32,000 nucleotides of DNA from Staphylothermus marinus F1 (GCF_000015945.1 NC_009033.1:1170001-1202000); one strand, 5' to 3'. Counted from the first letter of the stretch, positions 8,072 through 17,007 are shown. Made by a program: numbers and translations. The notes: a model not told the origin generated them from the letters alone.

Positions 8072-9013
8072 CTAGTACCCCTCAATACGTGATGCTAGAA
8101 ATAAAACTAAGCTCGCAACTAACAAGTAAATTGTTGGATATGGATAGACTACTTCTTTCGAAACCTTCACTTCTAATAGTTTCTTAGATATAAATGCTTC
8201 CAACCTCATCTGTCTAGCAGCATCTTCCGTCAACTTATTCAGTAATTTCTCAGTGAACTGATTAATGTTTATAACATATATATTAGAAGCCGTAAGCTCT
8301 TCGACTAATTGGTCGGCTCGTTTATCTAATCCTATTCTAACAAATAATACTGGATATCCAGACTTGTTTATTGAAACTATTTCATCATATGGGTCTCCGC
8401 CCTCATTATATGCTCCATCACTAACTATAACTATTATAGCTGGATACTGTGATGCGGTAACATATGAGTATGCATAAGCTAGTGCCGCGCTTAGATCAGA
8501 ATATCTTTTGTCGGGGGAAAGCTCCAATAATTTGGGGTGACAAAACGTTATGTTTCCTAGACAAATTTTTCTAGGATATTCTGAGAATCCAATGATCAAT
8601 AATTTATCTTTAGGTGATAAATAATTCATATACCTATAGGTAAAATTCAAAGCTCTAACAAATCTTGTAATGTTGGTTCCATCAGTATACTGCATGCTTT
8701 TTGATTCATCTATTAATAAAACGTGTAATGCTGTTATATTATACATTACTCTCTTGATCTCTGTTTCTTCAGGGTTTCCATGTACTGTAAACTGTATTGT
8801 TTGAACAGTAACTGGAAGCGTTGATGCTAGGAGTAATAATATTATTGATGCTATTTTGGAGGCTTGAATTATATGCCATAATATGTTATCTCTCTGATTT
8901 AATAGTTTTAGAAGGGTTCTTCTCCTAGAATAAACATATATGTATAAGAGTGTCAGTATTGGTATAATAATTAACATAACATTGGTCATTTCTGGATGCA
9001 ATAGTTTAATCAT
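8072..9013 (-). CDS. TM-anchored von Willebrand factor A protein (BatA/BatB-like), second copy
   Basis: N-terminus MIKLLHPEMTNVMLIIIPILTLLYIYVYSRRR. MIDAS LLIDESKSMQ ... VIVSDGAYNEGGDP. C-terminal TM IYLLVASLVLFLA. ATG 9013 is preferred because GGGAG lies 8 nt upstream; the track start is GTG 9040. Confidence 0.8.
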   Translation of the reverse strand: MIKLLHPEMTNVMLIIIPILTLLYIYVYSRRRTLLKLLNQRDNILWHIIQASKIASIILLLLASTLPVTVQTIQFTVHGNPEETEIKRVMYNITALHVLLIDESKSMQYTDGTNITRFVRALNFTYRYMNYLSPKDKLLIIGFSEYPRKICLGNITFCHPKLLELSPDKRYSDLSAALAYAYSYVTASQYPAIIVIVSDGAYNEGGDPYDEIVSINKSGYPVLFVRIGLDKRADQLVEELTASNIYVININQFTEKLLNKLTEDAARQMRLEAFISKKLLEVKVSKEVVYPYPTIYLLVASLVLFLASRIEGY

Positions 9014-9866
9014 CTTCCATACTCCCAGAGTATCCTCCACTTATTCCTCCAGGATTCTCGGTATTTGTCATATTGGTTTTCTGTTTCTTAACAATTTCTC
9101 CCATTGAAAGCTTTGTTAGGAACATTGATATTTGCCTAGCGAATGGCTTTAACTTCTCCATATCAACTTGTTTCGTAATGGATTCTGCAAGTTTTAATAA
9201 GGTTAGATTTGTATTGTTGTTTTCAATGTTTTCTATATTAGATGATAGGATTTCCATTAATTTTATGTATTCTAGGATAGTATTGAGAGTATCATTGATA
9301 ACCATGATCGAGTAATTTATTGTAGTATTGTGATCGTCGAGCAATATGCCTTTTTCTCTTACATATTTTAAAATTTTCAGTGATTCGTTAAGTTCATGCA
9401 CAATATTGTAGAGACGTAGTTTCATATCGTAATATATGTTTAGGGATTTCTTTATGTTTAAGTTGCTGAGTTCATCAAGGCTTTTCTCCATACCGGCCCA
9501 TATAATAGGTAGATCCATTGTAACATTAAATAGTTTCCTAGAAACAATTGTTATATTTTCATATGTAATTACAGTTACTAATTCTCTATACGGTGTTCCC
9601 GGAGTATTCAGTACTCTTGTTTTCTCTTCTTTAATGTATTTATGAAGCTTTAATAGATCAGCAGGATCTACATCATAGCTAGGATTCTTATATTGAATAT
9701 GGGAACTTGTCTTATTCAAGTAAGATATTGATTCTTGATAAGCACGATCTAGGCTATAATTTGAGCTGGAAATACTTGTTTTGATAAGCATGCTGTAAAA
9801 TATAAAACCAAGTATTATAGCTACTATTATAGTGGCTAAGATGCTTGTTCTATTTATTTTAAACAT
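9006..9866 (-). CDS. N-terminally anchored, sequon-rich helical surface protein, hypothetical; first gene of the vWA operon
   Basis: TM ILATIIVAIILGFIFYSMLI, at least 11 N-x-S/T sequons in the ectodomain, and a G/S-rich acidic tail NPGGISGGYSGSMEDD. ATG 9866 follows GAGAGGA; the track start is TTG 9884. Confidence 0.55.
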   Translation of the reverse strand: MFKINRTSILATIIVAIILGFIFYSMLIKTSISSSNYSLDRAYQESISYLNKTSSHIQYKNPSYDVDPADLLKLHKYIKEEKTRVLNTPGTPYRELVTVITYENITIVSRKLFNVTMDLPIIWAGMEKSLDELSNLNIKKSLNIYYDMKLRLYNIVHELNESLKILKYVREKGILLDDHNTTINYSIMVINDTLNTILEYIKLMEILSSNIENIENNNTNLTLLKLAESITKQVDMEKLKPFARQISMFLTKLSMGEIVKKQKTNMTNTENPGGISGGYSGSMEDD

Positions 9867-10091
9867 TCGTCCTAGTCCTCTCAAATAGACCTGTCTAAGA
9901 TATGGGTTATATTAAGATACTAATAACACTAACTCATTTACGTATCGTAGAATATTGTTAAGTTGTTATATAGTAGTTATAAAGTACAACGTTTTATCAC
10001 AAATAATGCTACATTATAGAACTTTATTCGGACATACATGTGCCTGTAAGAGGGTAAAAACGGGATAATAGTTATACTTGTGAAAGTGAGG

Positions 10092-10910
10092 TTAAATATT
10101 TTCTAGTATGTTAATTTCTTCTTCTCTGAGTCTCCATCCCATAGCTCCGATTATTTCCTTTATGTGTTCTATATTCTCAGTTTTTGGTATGGCAACGACG
10201 TTGGGTCTAGAGATTAGATAGTTTAGTGCTACCTGTACAGGTGTTCTATTTATTTTCTTTGCTATCTCTATTATGGTTGGATGATGAGATACACGGGTTC
10301 TTTCTAATGGTGTATATGCTTGAATCGTTATACTGTTTTTAATAACATATGGGAGCAGATCCTTCTCAATATCCTTTGTTAAAACACTATAATGGACTTG
10401 GTCAACTACTATCTCTGCTTTTCGAGTAGCATGAATAGCTTTTTCAAGCTCATATACATTGAAGTTGCTCACACCTATATATCTAGCTAGTCCCTCCTCA
10501 TAAACGATCTCAAAATTCCTTACTTGTTCTTCTATGGTTAGACTCTCATTGGGCCAGTGGATTAAGAATAAATCGACTTCGCTAAGACCAAGCCTCTTAA
10601 GACTTGCTTTAGCGGCTTTTAATACTTCATCAGATGATACGAGATGATGTGGAAGCATTTTAGTGGTCACAAATACTTTATCTTTTCCAACCGCTCTAAC
10701 AACCCTGCCAACGAATTCTTCAGCTTTTCCACCATCATACATTTCAGCAGTATCAATATTATCAATACCATTTTCTATAGCGTATACAAAAGCATTATAA
10801 GCTTTTGAATAATCTCTAATAGCCCATGTTCCAAGCCCTATAGCTGTGACTGTTTCACCAGTTTTTCCAATCGGTTTTCTATCACTATAATCTATGGGAA
10901 ATCTAGACAT
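10092..10910 (-). CDS. Aldo/keto reductase
   Basis: Motifs GLGTW, IDTAEMYDGGKAEE, LIHWP, and the typical 272-aa length. Confidence 0.9.
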   Translation of the reverse strand: MSRFPIDYSDRKPIGKTGETVTAIGLGTWAIRDYSKAYNAFVYAIENGIDNIDTAEMYDGGKAEEFVGRVVRAVGKDKVFVTTKMLPHHLVSSDEVLKAAKASLKRLGLSEVDLFLIHWPNESLTIEEQVRNFEIVYEEGLARYIGVSNFNVYELEKAIHATRKAEIVVDQVHYSVLTKDIEKDLLPYVIKNSITIQAYTPLERTRVSHHPTIIEIAKKINRTPVQVALNYLISRPNVVAIPKTENIEHIKEIIGAMGWRLREEEINILENI

Positions 10911-11187
10911 TATTCATCCCCAATTATAGTTGTTATTTATTATGTTTATTAAATGTACAGTGTAAATTGTAAATTCTATATAAGTAGCTTATGGTAGTTT
11001 AGTTCACTAGTTCTAAAGCTACCAAGACCTATAATGTACTATGTTGTTACATTATTAGCTATAAGTTGTTTGCAGGATCAATTCATTTGTAATAAAATTT
11101 AAAATTTATTATACTTGTTTATCTGTGTTAGTTAATTATAATTATGACATCATATGTTTGGAAATATTGCTTATGTAGGGATAAATA

Positions 11188-11985
11188 ATGGGTTTAGAAG
11201 TTTTGATGTTGATTGCTAACATTATTAGTGGATTGGTGATCGCCATTCTTTCAACAATGGCTGGTATCGGTGGAGGCGCATTCATGATCCCTTATTTCTA
11301 TTTTATAGGTTTGCCTATAAATGAAGCGGTTGGTACAAGTAAATTCGTTATCGTCTTCATATCATTATTTGGTACAATAAATTATCTTAGACTCCGAAAA
11401 GTCATGGTTAAACAAGGAATAATGATATTGATAGGTATGATTCCCGCCTCATACTTGGGTGCATATCTTGTTAGCATAATAGATAATAGAATTCTTAGGT
11501 TAATTATATCCGTATTTATTTTGTTCTACTCTATACGGTTAATCTACGGGTTTCTAAAGAAAAAATTTGGAAAGATAAAAACTAGTACTGCACAACAACA
11601 TGTTGGTGAAAATTATATAGTAGATAAGCCTTCTGTTGCTGTATTAATTGGTTTATTATCTGGGTTCGTAGCTGGTTTAACCGGTACTGGTGGGGGAGTT
11701 GTTAATATGCCTCTTTTTCTATCGGTCATGAAGATTCCTGTTCATTTTGCTGTTGCACTGTCTACGTTTGTAATATTTCCTTCATCTGTAGCTGCAGCTA
11801 TACGTCACGCGTTAAATAACGATATAAACTATTTTATTGGCTTACCATTTGTTTTGGGAGCGGTAATTGGTGCAAATATTGGGCCTAGAATAGCTACTAA
11901 AACGCATTCTCAGCATTTGAGGCTTTTTATAGGATTAATTTTATTTTATGCTGGAATTAGAATGCTTTATTCAACAATATTTTAG
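11188..11985 (+). CDS. TauE/SafE-family (DUF81) anion exporter-like membrane protein
   Basis: Two-fold repeated 4-TM architecture with G-rich first helices (AGIGGGAFMIP and LTGTGGGVVNMP) and a GTSKF motif. Confidence 0.75.
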   Translation: MGLEVLMLIANIISGLVIAILSTMAGIGGGAFMIPYFYFIGLPINEAVGTSKFVIVFISLFGTINYLRLRKVMVKQGIMILIGMIPASYLGAYLVSIIDNRILRLIISVFILFYSIRLIYGFLKKKFGKIKTSTAQQHVGENYIVDKPSVAVLIGLLSGFVAGLTGTGGGVVNMPLFLSVMKIPVHFAVALSTFVIFPSSVAAAIRHALNNDINYFIGLPFVLGAVIGANIGPRIATKTHSQHLRLFIGLILFYAGIRMLYSTIF

Positions 11986-11998
11986 GATTTATAAAAAA

Positions 11999-13516
11999 TT
12001 AGTTATGAGCTAATGCAACGCCGCCTCCTCTAAGATCGGCTGCTAAGTTATAGTAGCCTTCTTTGTAAGCTTTAATGGCTTGCACGTTGCCAACACTACT
12101 TGATAATGCATCGATGATCTCGATGTTCTCATTAACAGGGCTTATGCCTAGGCTTTTCTCTATGATTGCTCTTTGGATTCTTCTCCCATGATACTTCGTA
12201 ACTATGTATCTAGGTGCATGTATTGCTTTTGCTAAACTCATATTATAGTCTACGATATTTGTAAACACTATGCTGTGTATTTGTGGTCTAAGATCCCCTC
12301 CTGCACAACCTATTATATATGTTTCTTTATCGTTTTCAGCTAGTAGTATTGATAATGTATGTTTTGGTCTTTTTCTTGGAGCAGGGCCGTTAGGATGATT
12401 CTTTTCAGGAGTGAATCCTATGGCTCGATTCTGGAAAGGTATATTTTCAACTACTATTCCTGAGCCGAAAGGATAAAAGATACTCTGAATAAAACCTACA
12501 ATGTTTCCGTATCGATCACTTGTGACAAAGAAAGTTGTATCCATGGATGTTAGTTTATTGTTCCTGCCAGATGTAAATTCTTTTATCCTATTTACGAGGT
12601 AATCCCTAGACAATAGCTTGTATGGGTTAAATACGTAATGAGAAGGATCAGCAACATATTTATCTCTATCATCATAGGCTATTATAGCTAATTTAAAGAA
12701 TTCCATTATTCTCTCTATATTATCATATGGTTTTGTATTAATTCCTAAATATTCAATTAACTTTAAAAGTTCAAGTGTAGTTATGCCCTGAGTATTGGGT
12801 GGGAGTTCGAATAATGTATAGTCTTTATAGTTTGTCTTTAGCGGATTAACCGGCTCGCCTCTATGAGTAGAGAAATCCTCATATGTTATTGGAACGCCTT
12901 GATTTCGAAGTTTTTCTATAATTTCCTCAGCTAGTTTCCCTTCGTAGAATTCTCTAAATCCCCTCCTTGATATTATTTTCAATACCCTAGCATATCTTGG
13001 AAGTCTAACAATATCTCCGAGGCTATAGGCTCCATATGTGGATTTCCATGTGTTATATTGTTGTAGGTAATTATATGATGAACGTATTGCTTTGTCTAAT
13101 TGTTCTGATACATAGAAGCCGTTTTCAGCAAGACTTATAGCGTATTTAAGTATTTCAACAGGATCTTTCGAACCATAATTTTCCCAAACCCAATCCCATA
13201 AATCAACTAGTCCTGGCACAGTAATGGTTAGAGGTCCTCTTTCTGGTTTTTCTAAAATAAATTTATCTATAGGAAATATACTGGATGAACGACCTGATCC
13301 ATTATAGGCTATGATTTCATTATTTCCTGTTTTTGCAAGTAGAAAACCATCACCTCCAATACCACCAGTATAAGGTAGTACTATGGATAATACACTACTT
13401 ACAGCAATAGCAGCATCAAACGCGTTTCCTCCATTCTCTAGAACCCGTAAGCCAGCGAGAGTAGCAGTGTATATTTGAGAACTAACACCTTCTCGACCAA
13501 TTACTCCAAAAACCAT
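11999..13516 (-). CDS. ggt: Gamma-glutamyltransferase family protein
   Basis: 505 aa. N-terminal GGNAFDAAIA, autoprocessing and nucleophile region MDTTFFVTSDRYGN, and C-terminal GGG. Confidence 0.9.
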   Translation of the reverse strand: MVFGVIGREGVSSQIYTATLAGLRVLENGGNAFDAAIAVSSVLSIVLPYTGGIGGDGFLLAKTGNNEIIAYNGSGRSSSIFPIDKFILEKPERGPLTITVPGLVDLWDWVWENYGSKDPVEILKYAISLAENGFYVSEQLDKAIRSSYNYLQQYNTWKSTYGAYSLGDIVRLPRYARVLKIISRRGFREFYEGKLAEEIIEKLRNQGVPITYEDFSTHRGEPVNPLKTNYKDYTLFELPPNTQGITTLELLKLIEYLGINTKPYDNIERIMEFFKLAIIAYDDRDKYVADPSHYVFNPYKLLSRDYLVNRIKEFTSGRNNKLTSMDTTFFVTSDRYGNIVGFIQSIFYPFGSGIVVENIPFQNRAIGFTPEKNHPNGPAPRKRPKHTLSILLAENDKETYIIGCAGGDLRPQIHSIVFTNIVDYNMSLAKAIHAPRYIVTKYHGRRIQRAIIEKSLGISPVNENIEIIDALSSSVGNVQAIKAYKEGYYNLAADLRGGGVALAHN

Positions 13517-13621
13517 ATCCTTACCACCTAGAACAAATCTAGTCTTTTTTCATATAAATAGAATAATGAACGGTTTAAACTTGTTCATTATAATAAAAGA
13601 GTTTTGATAAAAGGATAAGTA

Positions 13622-13700
13622 TGGTGCGGCGGCCGGGATTTGAACCCGGGATCTCCGGCTTGGGGGGCCGGCGTCCTAGTCCAGGCTAGACGACCGCCGC
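13622..13700 (-). tRNA. tRNA-Gly(CCC), CCA encoded
   Basis: Hand-folded cloverleaf: acceptor GCGGCGG/CCGCCGC, D arm GTCT..GGAC, anticodon stem CCGGC/GCCGG with loop CCCCCAA, T arm CCGGG-TTCAAAT-CCCGG, then A-CCA. Confidence 0.9.
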
Positions 13701-13941
13701 ATATATACAATATTACTTTTATTGAGCATGGGTTTATAGTTTTTCTTTATATATATTTACCACAAGGTTAAATATTCGAAATACTATTGTAGGATCAAGT
13801 TTGATCATTGAATCTTATTATTAGCACTGTTTATATCATGTAGTTTATGAAATAATTAATAATCATTATTAAAAGATAAACTATTTTATTAACTAAGAAA
13901 ATAACTAGGAAAGTTTTTAAATGATATATAGGCTCAGCTCC

Positions 13942-14229
13942 CTATTGAGCGGGGGCTTTAATGTATATTGGTGTTCTACCACCACTATAAAGTATTATTA
14001 GTCCTCTTTTAGCAGCTTCACGTAGTAGCTTTTTTGCAACGCTTATTCTTATGCTATATGCTTGTGCTAGAGTATATGGAGTTAGTACATTGAATGAACC
14101 ACGTTTTAGTTCTCGTTCAAATCTCTTCATAAGCTCTGGTGTTAAATCTATTTGTGAAGCAATAGATATCTTAGGTGTTTCACTTCCTTCTTTTACTTCA
14201 GATGTTTTTTCTCTTTTACCTCTCGCCAT
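13942..14229 (-). CDS. rps25e: Ribosomal protein eS25 (S25e)
   Basis: 95 aa with a basic N-terminus and the winged-helix core VLTPYTLAQAYSIRISVAKKLLREAAKRGLI. GGGTG lies upstream of the ATG. Confidence 0.9.
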   Translation of the reverse strand: MARGKREKTSEVKEGSETPKISIASQIDLTPELMKRFERELKRGSFNVLTPYTLAQAYSIRISVAKKLLREAAKRGLIILYSGGRTPIYIKAPAQ

Positions 14230-14496
14230 AACTAAGCACCCTTAACATGTTGTCTTTTCTTAAACATCAATTATTATAAACAGATAAATAGTTTATCTCT
14301 CAATATATAATGTCTTTTCCGTCTTGTTTTTTCTTTAAATCTTCTATATGCAATCATTTACTCGGCAAGATCCACTCTAATATCTAATATCATAAACATA
14401 TAGAGATACGAGTATGATTCTAATAAATATTTAATAAACATGTGAATGTAAAAGAGTTAGATTATTAATTCATAGTGCTCCATATTAATATAGTAG

Positions 14497-16065
14497 GTGG
14501 TATTTTTGAGTATTAGAAATAATGATTCAATTGAAAAGTATACACCTCTCATTTTAGTAAAGTCTCAAACGGGGCTAAGGACGCTTAGCGAGGAAGAAGT
14601 TATAGGGTATATAATGTTTCAAGCTGAAACAAATAGGAAAAAACCAGGATTCTTTAAAAGAAAGGGTGAACATATAAGGCTTGTATCTTTACTATATTAT
14701 CCATTCATAGTTAAGAGTTACAGGGAGAGAATGGCCTTAATAATCGATCCAGTTAAGAAATCTAGTATAGAATTTGAATATGATTCAATTAATAAAGAAG
14801 TTATAAATAAAGAGTTAGAGTCGTTAAAAGATCTCACAGGCAAGGAATTTCTGGATCAAATGGTTAAGCTTGAAAAAATAGTGGAAAGCATTGTTTCGGG
14901 TAAGGAATATATTGATAAAAGAAAATATGTGATCGAATCAATTGTTAACGATGCAATAATGATAAAAGATCTAAGAATATTTATTGAAAACACTGTTAAC
15001 TATGAAATACCAGGTGGAAAAATAGAATATGAAAAAATCAATATAGATGAGATAATAGAGAAAGTTCAAAAAATTCTTGAAGAAACCCATTCTATACTAA
15101 CCTATATAAATGATTTCATAAAAAGACTCGACGGCTACGTTGATAAATGGAAAGAAAATATCGAGCTAGTATTTTCTGAGAAAATGAAGGAAATAGATGT
15201 AAAGATCGAAGAAACCAAATTAGAGGTGCAGAAAAACATTAATTTATTACGAAAGAAGCTTGAGGAAGAAATAAATGTTATAAAAGAGAGACATAAACCA
15301 ACAATTGAAACTATAGAGAAAAGGATCGATGAGATCAAGAGTGAAATTAAAACGATCGAGGAAGAAATAGAAAAAGCAAAACAATATGGTAAAGATACAA
15401 GTGATTTAAAGAAGAAATTGAATGATCTCAAGAAAACATTAAAGGATCTTGAAGAAGAGTTGAGAGAAGCTAATAAAAGAATGGAGGATGAAATTGAATC
15501 TGTTCAAAAACGATACAAGGAAATGATTGAGAGTGAAAACGAGAAAATAAAAAGACTGTATAATGAGAGAGAGAAGTTGCGTCTAGAGCTCGAAGCTCTG
15601 GAAAAAGAAGCTAATACAAGATACGATTCTATTAGGAAGAATCTGATGAAGTATAGAGATAAAATTATGGAAATTGAGAAAAAAATCTTAGGTATATCCG
15701 TTCTACTACCAACTAGCGGAGAAGGAAAATACTTGGTCCCATTAGCAGTTATAATGTACGGTAAAAACAGCGAGACAAGATACATGACAATAACACCTTT
15801 AATGTTTGAACATACAGGAAGAATAGCGTCGAGAATTAGAATTTACAGTGTAGAGTCAATAAACAAACACTTAGCCTGGATAATCAACATTCTTGAACAA
15901 CCACGCATTAGGGCTCAATTAGATGAAAACAATCTATTCAGGATCGTAGCGCTTGAGCGGATAGAAATAGGCTTATCTAGACTTTCAGATCTCGGTATAC
16001 TTAGTAGGGGAGAAATTAGAAAAATCATAAAGAATTTGAAGGATCAAATAGAAATGGTTGTTTAA
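14497..16065 (+). CDS. Large coiled-coil protein, hypothetical
   Basis: 522 aa: an N-terminal domain of about 100 aa, about 300 aa of E/K/I-rich heptad-like sequence, and a C-terminal domain of about 120 aa. The start could be TTG 14506, 5 nt after AGGTGG. Confidence 0.65.
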   Translation: MVFLSIRNNDSIEKYTPLILVKSQTGLRTLSEEEVIGYIMFQAETNRKKPGFFKRKGEHIRLVSLLYYPFIVKSYRERMALIIDPVKKSSIEFEYDSINKEVINKELESLKDLTGKEFLDQMVKLEKIVESIVSGKEYIDKRKYVIESIVNDAIMIKDLRIFIENTVNYEIPGGKIEYEKINIDEIIEKVQKILEETHSILTYINDFIKRLDGYVDKWKENIELVFSEKMKEIDVKIEETKLEVQKNINLLRKKLEEEINVIKERHKPTIETIEKRIDEIKSEIKTIEEEIEKAKQYGKDTSDLKKKLNDLKKTLKDLEEELREANKRMEDEIESVQKRYKEMIESENEKIKRLYNEREKLRLELEALEKEANTRYDSIRKNLMKYRDKIMEIEKKILGISVLLPTSGEGKYLVPLAVIMYGKNSETRYMTITPLMFEHTGRIASRIRIYSVESINKHLAWIINILEQPRIRAQLDENNLFRIVALERIEIGLSRLSDLGILSRGEIRKIIKNLKDQIEMVV

Positions 16066-16826
16066 ACAAGTATAACTGCTAAAGCTACTGCAAAAATACC
16101 AGATAAATATATTCCATCAAATGTTCCCGCTCCGCCTATGCTGAGAAAAGACGAACCATAAATGTTTACAAACTTATATAGCTCCTTTTTAAGCCTCAAA
16201 ATATCCGCACCTATAAGACTACCTAATACGCCTCCCACATATGCTATAGGAATAACATATATGGGTTCCTGTACTAGTAGTATGGTTATTAATGCTGAGG
16301 TTAGGGGTGGAACAAGTCCTGGAACGGCTATGCCTGCACCAGGTATTGCTCGTGAAAACATGTAGGATATAATCGTTGTAATTATAATTGCTACTAGTGA
16401 AGCTATGAAGTAATTGATATTTATTATTAATAATCTGTACAATAAGAAAATACTGATCGTTAAAGGTATTAGTGCGCCTCCAACATTGATTGCCAAAATT
16501 ATTTTACGTGCAATAATTACAGGTGTTATAATGGGTATTGGTATACCATAGAAAAACACATATCTTTGTTGAAAACTCAATGTATACCCTCCAGCCATGT
16601 ATTCTTTTAATACAATATTTACAGGGCTAAAAAGAAGACTTAATAAGAAAATCATGAAGCCTACGAGAATAGCAGCTCTTAGATTTAGTCCGAAAAAAAC
16701 TGTTAAGAAACCAAATACGCTAGGAGCTACTAGGCTTAGAGGGATTAAAAGTATTAGGTAAAACATGAAATAAAATGGATGAGTTGGGAAAGATACAATT
16801 ATTCTCTTATCCAAACCATTCTCCAA
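16062..16826 (-). CDS. Polytopic integral membrane protein (possibly DUF1614-like)
   Basis: 254 aa, almost entirely hydrophobic, with motifs INVGGALIP and GGAGTFDGI. TTG start. The family assignment is from memory only. Confidence 0.6.
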   Translation of the reverse strand: MENGLDKRIIVSFPTHPFYFMFYLILLIPLSLVAPSVFGFLTVFFGLNLRAAILVGFMIFLLSLLFSPVNIVLKEYMAGGYTLSFQQRYVFFYGIPIPIITPVIIARKIILAINVGGALIPLTISIFLLYRLLIININYFIASLVAIIITTIISYMFSRAIPGAGIAVPGLVPPLTSALITILLVQEPIYVIPIAYVGGVLGSLIGADILRLKKELYKFVNIYGSSFLSIGGAGTFDGIYLSGIFAVALAVILV

Positions 16827-16864
16827 TGCTGGTTCACGCCATAAAATCTAGTTAGTATAATGGA

Positions 16865-16927
16865 TCTGTGCGCGAAACCGTCGTCATCCCCCTACCCAAT
16901 ACGGGTCGAGGGAGTCATAGTCTTCAT
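16865..16927 (-). ncRNA. Candidate C/D box sRNA in a GC-rich island
   Basis: Minus strand reads AUGAAGA-12nt-CGAC-17nt-AUGACGA-12nt(CGGUUUCGCGCA)-CAGA. Both guide spacers are exactly 12 nt, but all four boxes deviate from consensus by at least one position (the putative D' CGAC by two). Confidence 0.35.
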
Positions 16928-17007
16928 CTCCTATTCTGTCCTACAGTGTTTTCTCTAAATAAGTTTTTATTTCGTAAATTTTTGATCATGTTTGTGGTGG
17001 TAATGTT

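Noticed and set aside
10988-11026. Imperfect inverted repeat CTTATGGTAGTTTAG ... CTAAAGCTACCAAG in the AKR/TauE divergent spacer
   Set aside because: It needs indels to align and is AT-rich, so I cannot distinguish it from chance without comparative data.
13566-13588. 23-nt near-palindrome ATGAACGGTTTAAACTTGTTCAT between tRNA-Gly and the ggt promoter
   Set aside because: It may be a terminator-like hairpin after the tRNA or an operator for ggt. It has three non-Watson-Crick positions and no second copy, so the evidence is too weak to call.
16866-17007. Idea that the GC-rich hairpin upstream of trkH is a K+/c-di-AMP-type riboswitch
   Set aside because: Those riboswitch classes are bacterial, and I see none of their conserved cores. 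The C/D-sRNA reading on the opposite strand explains more of the sequence. It is retained only as an alternative within that finding.
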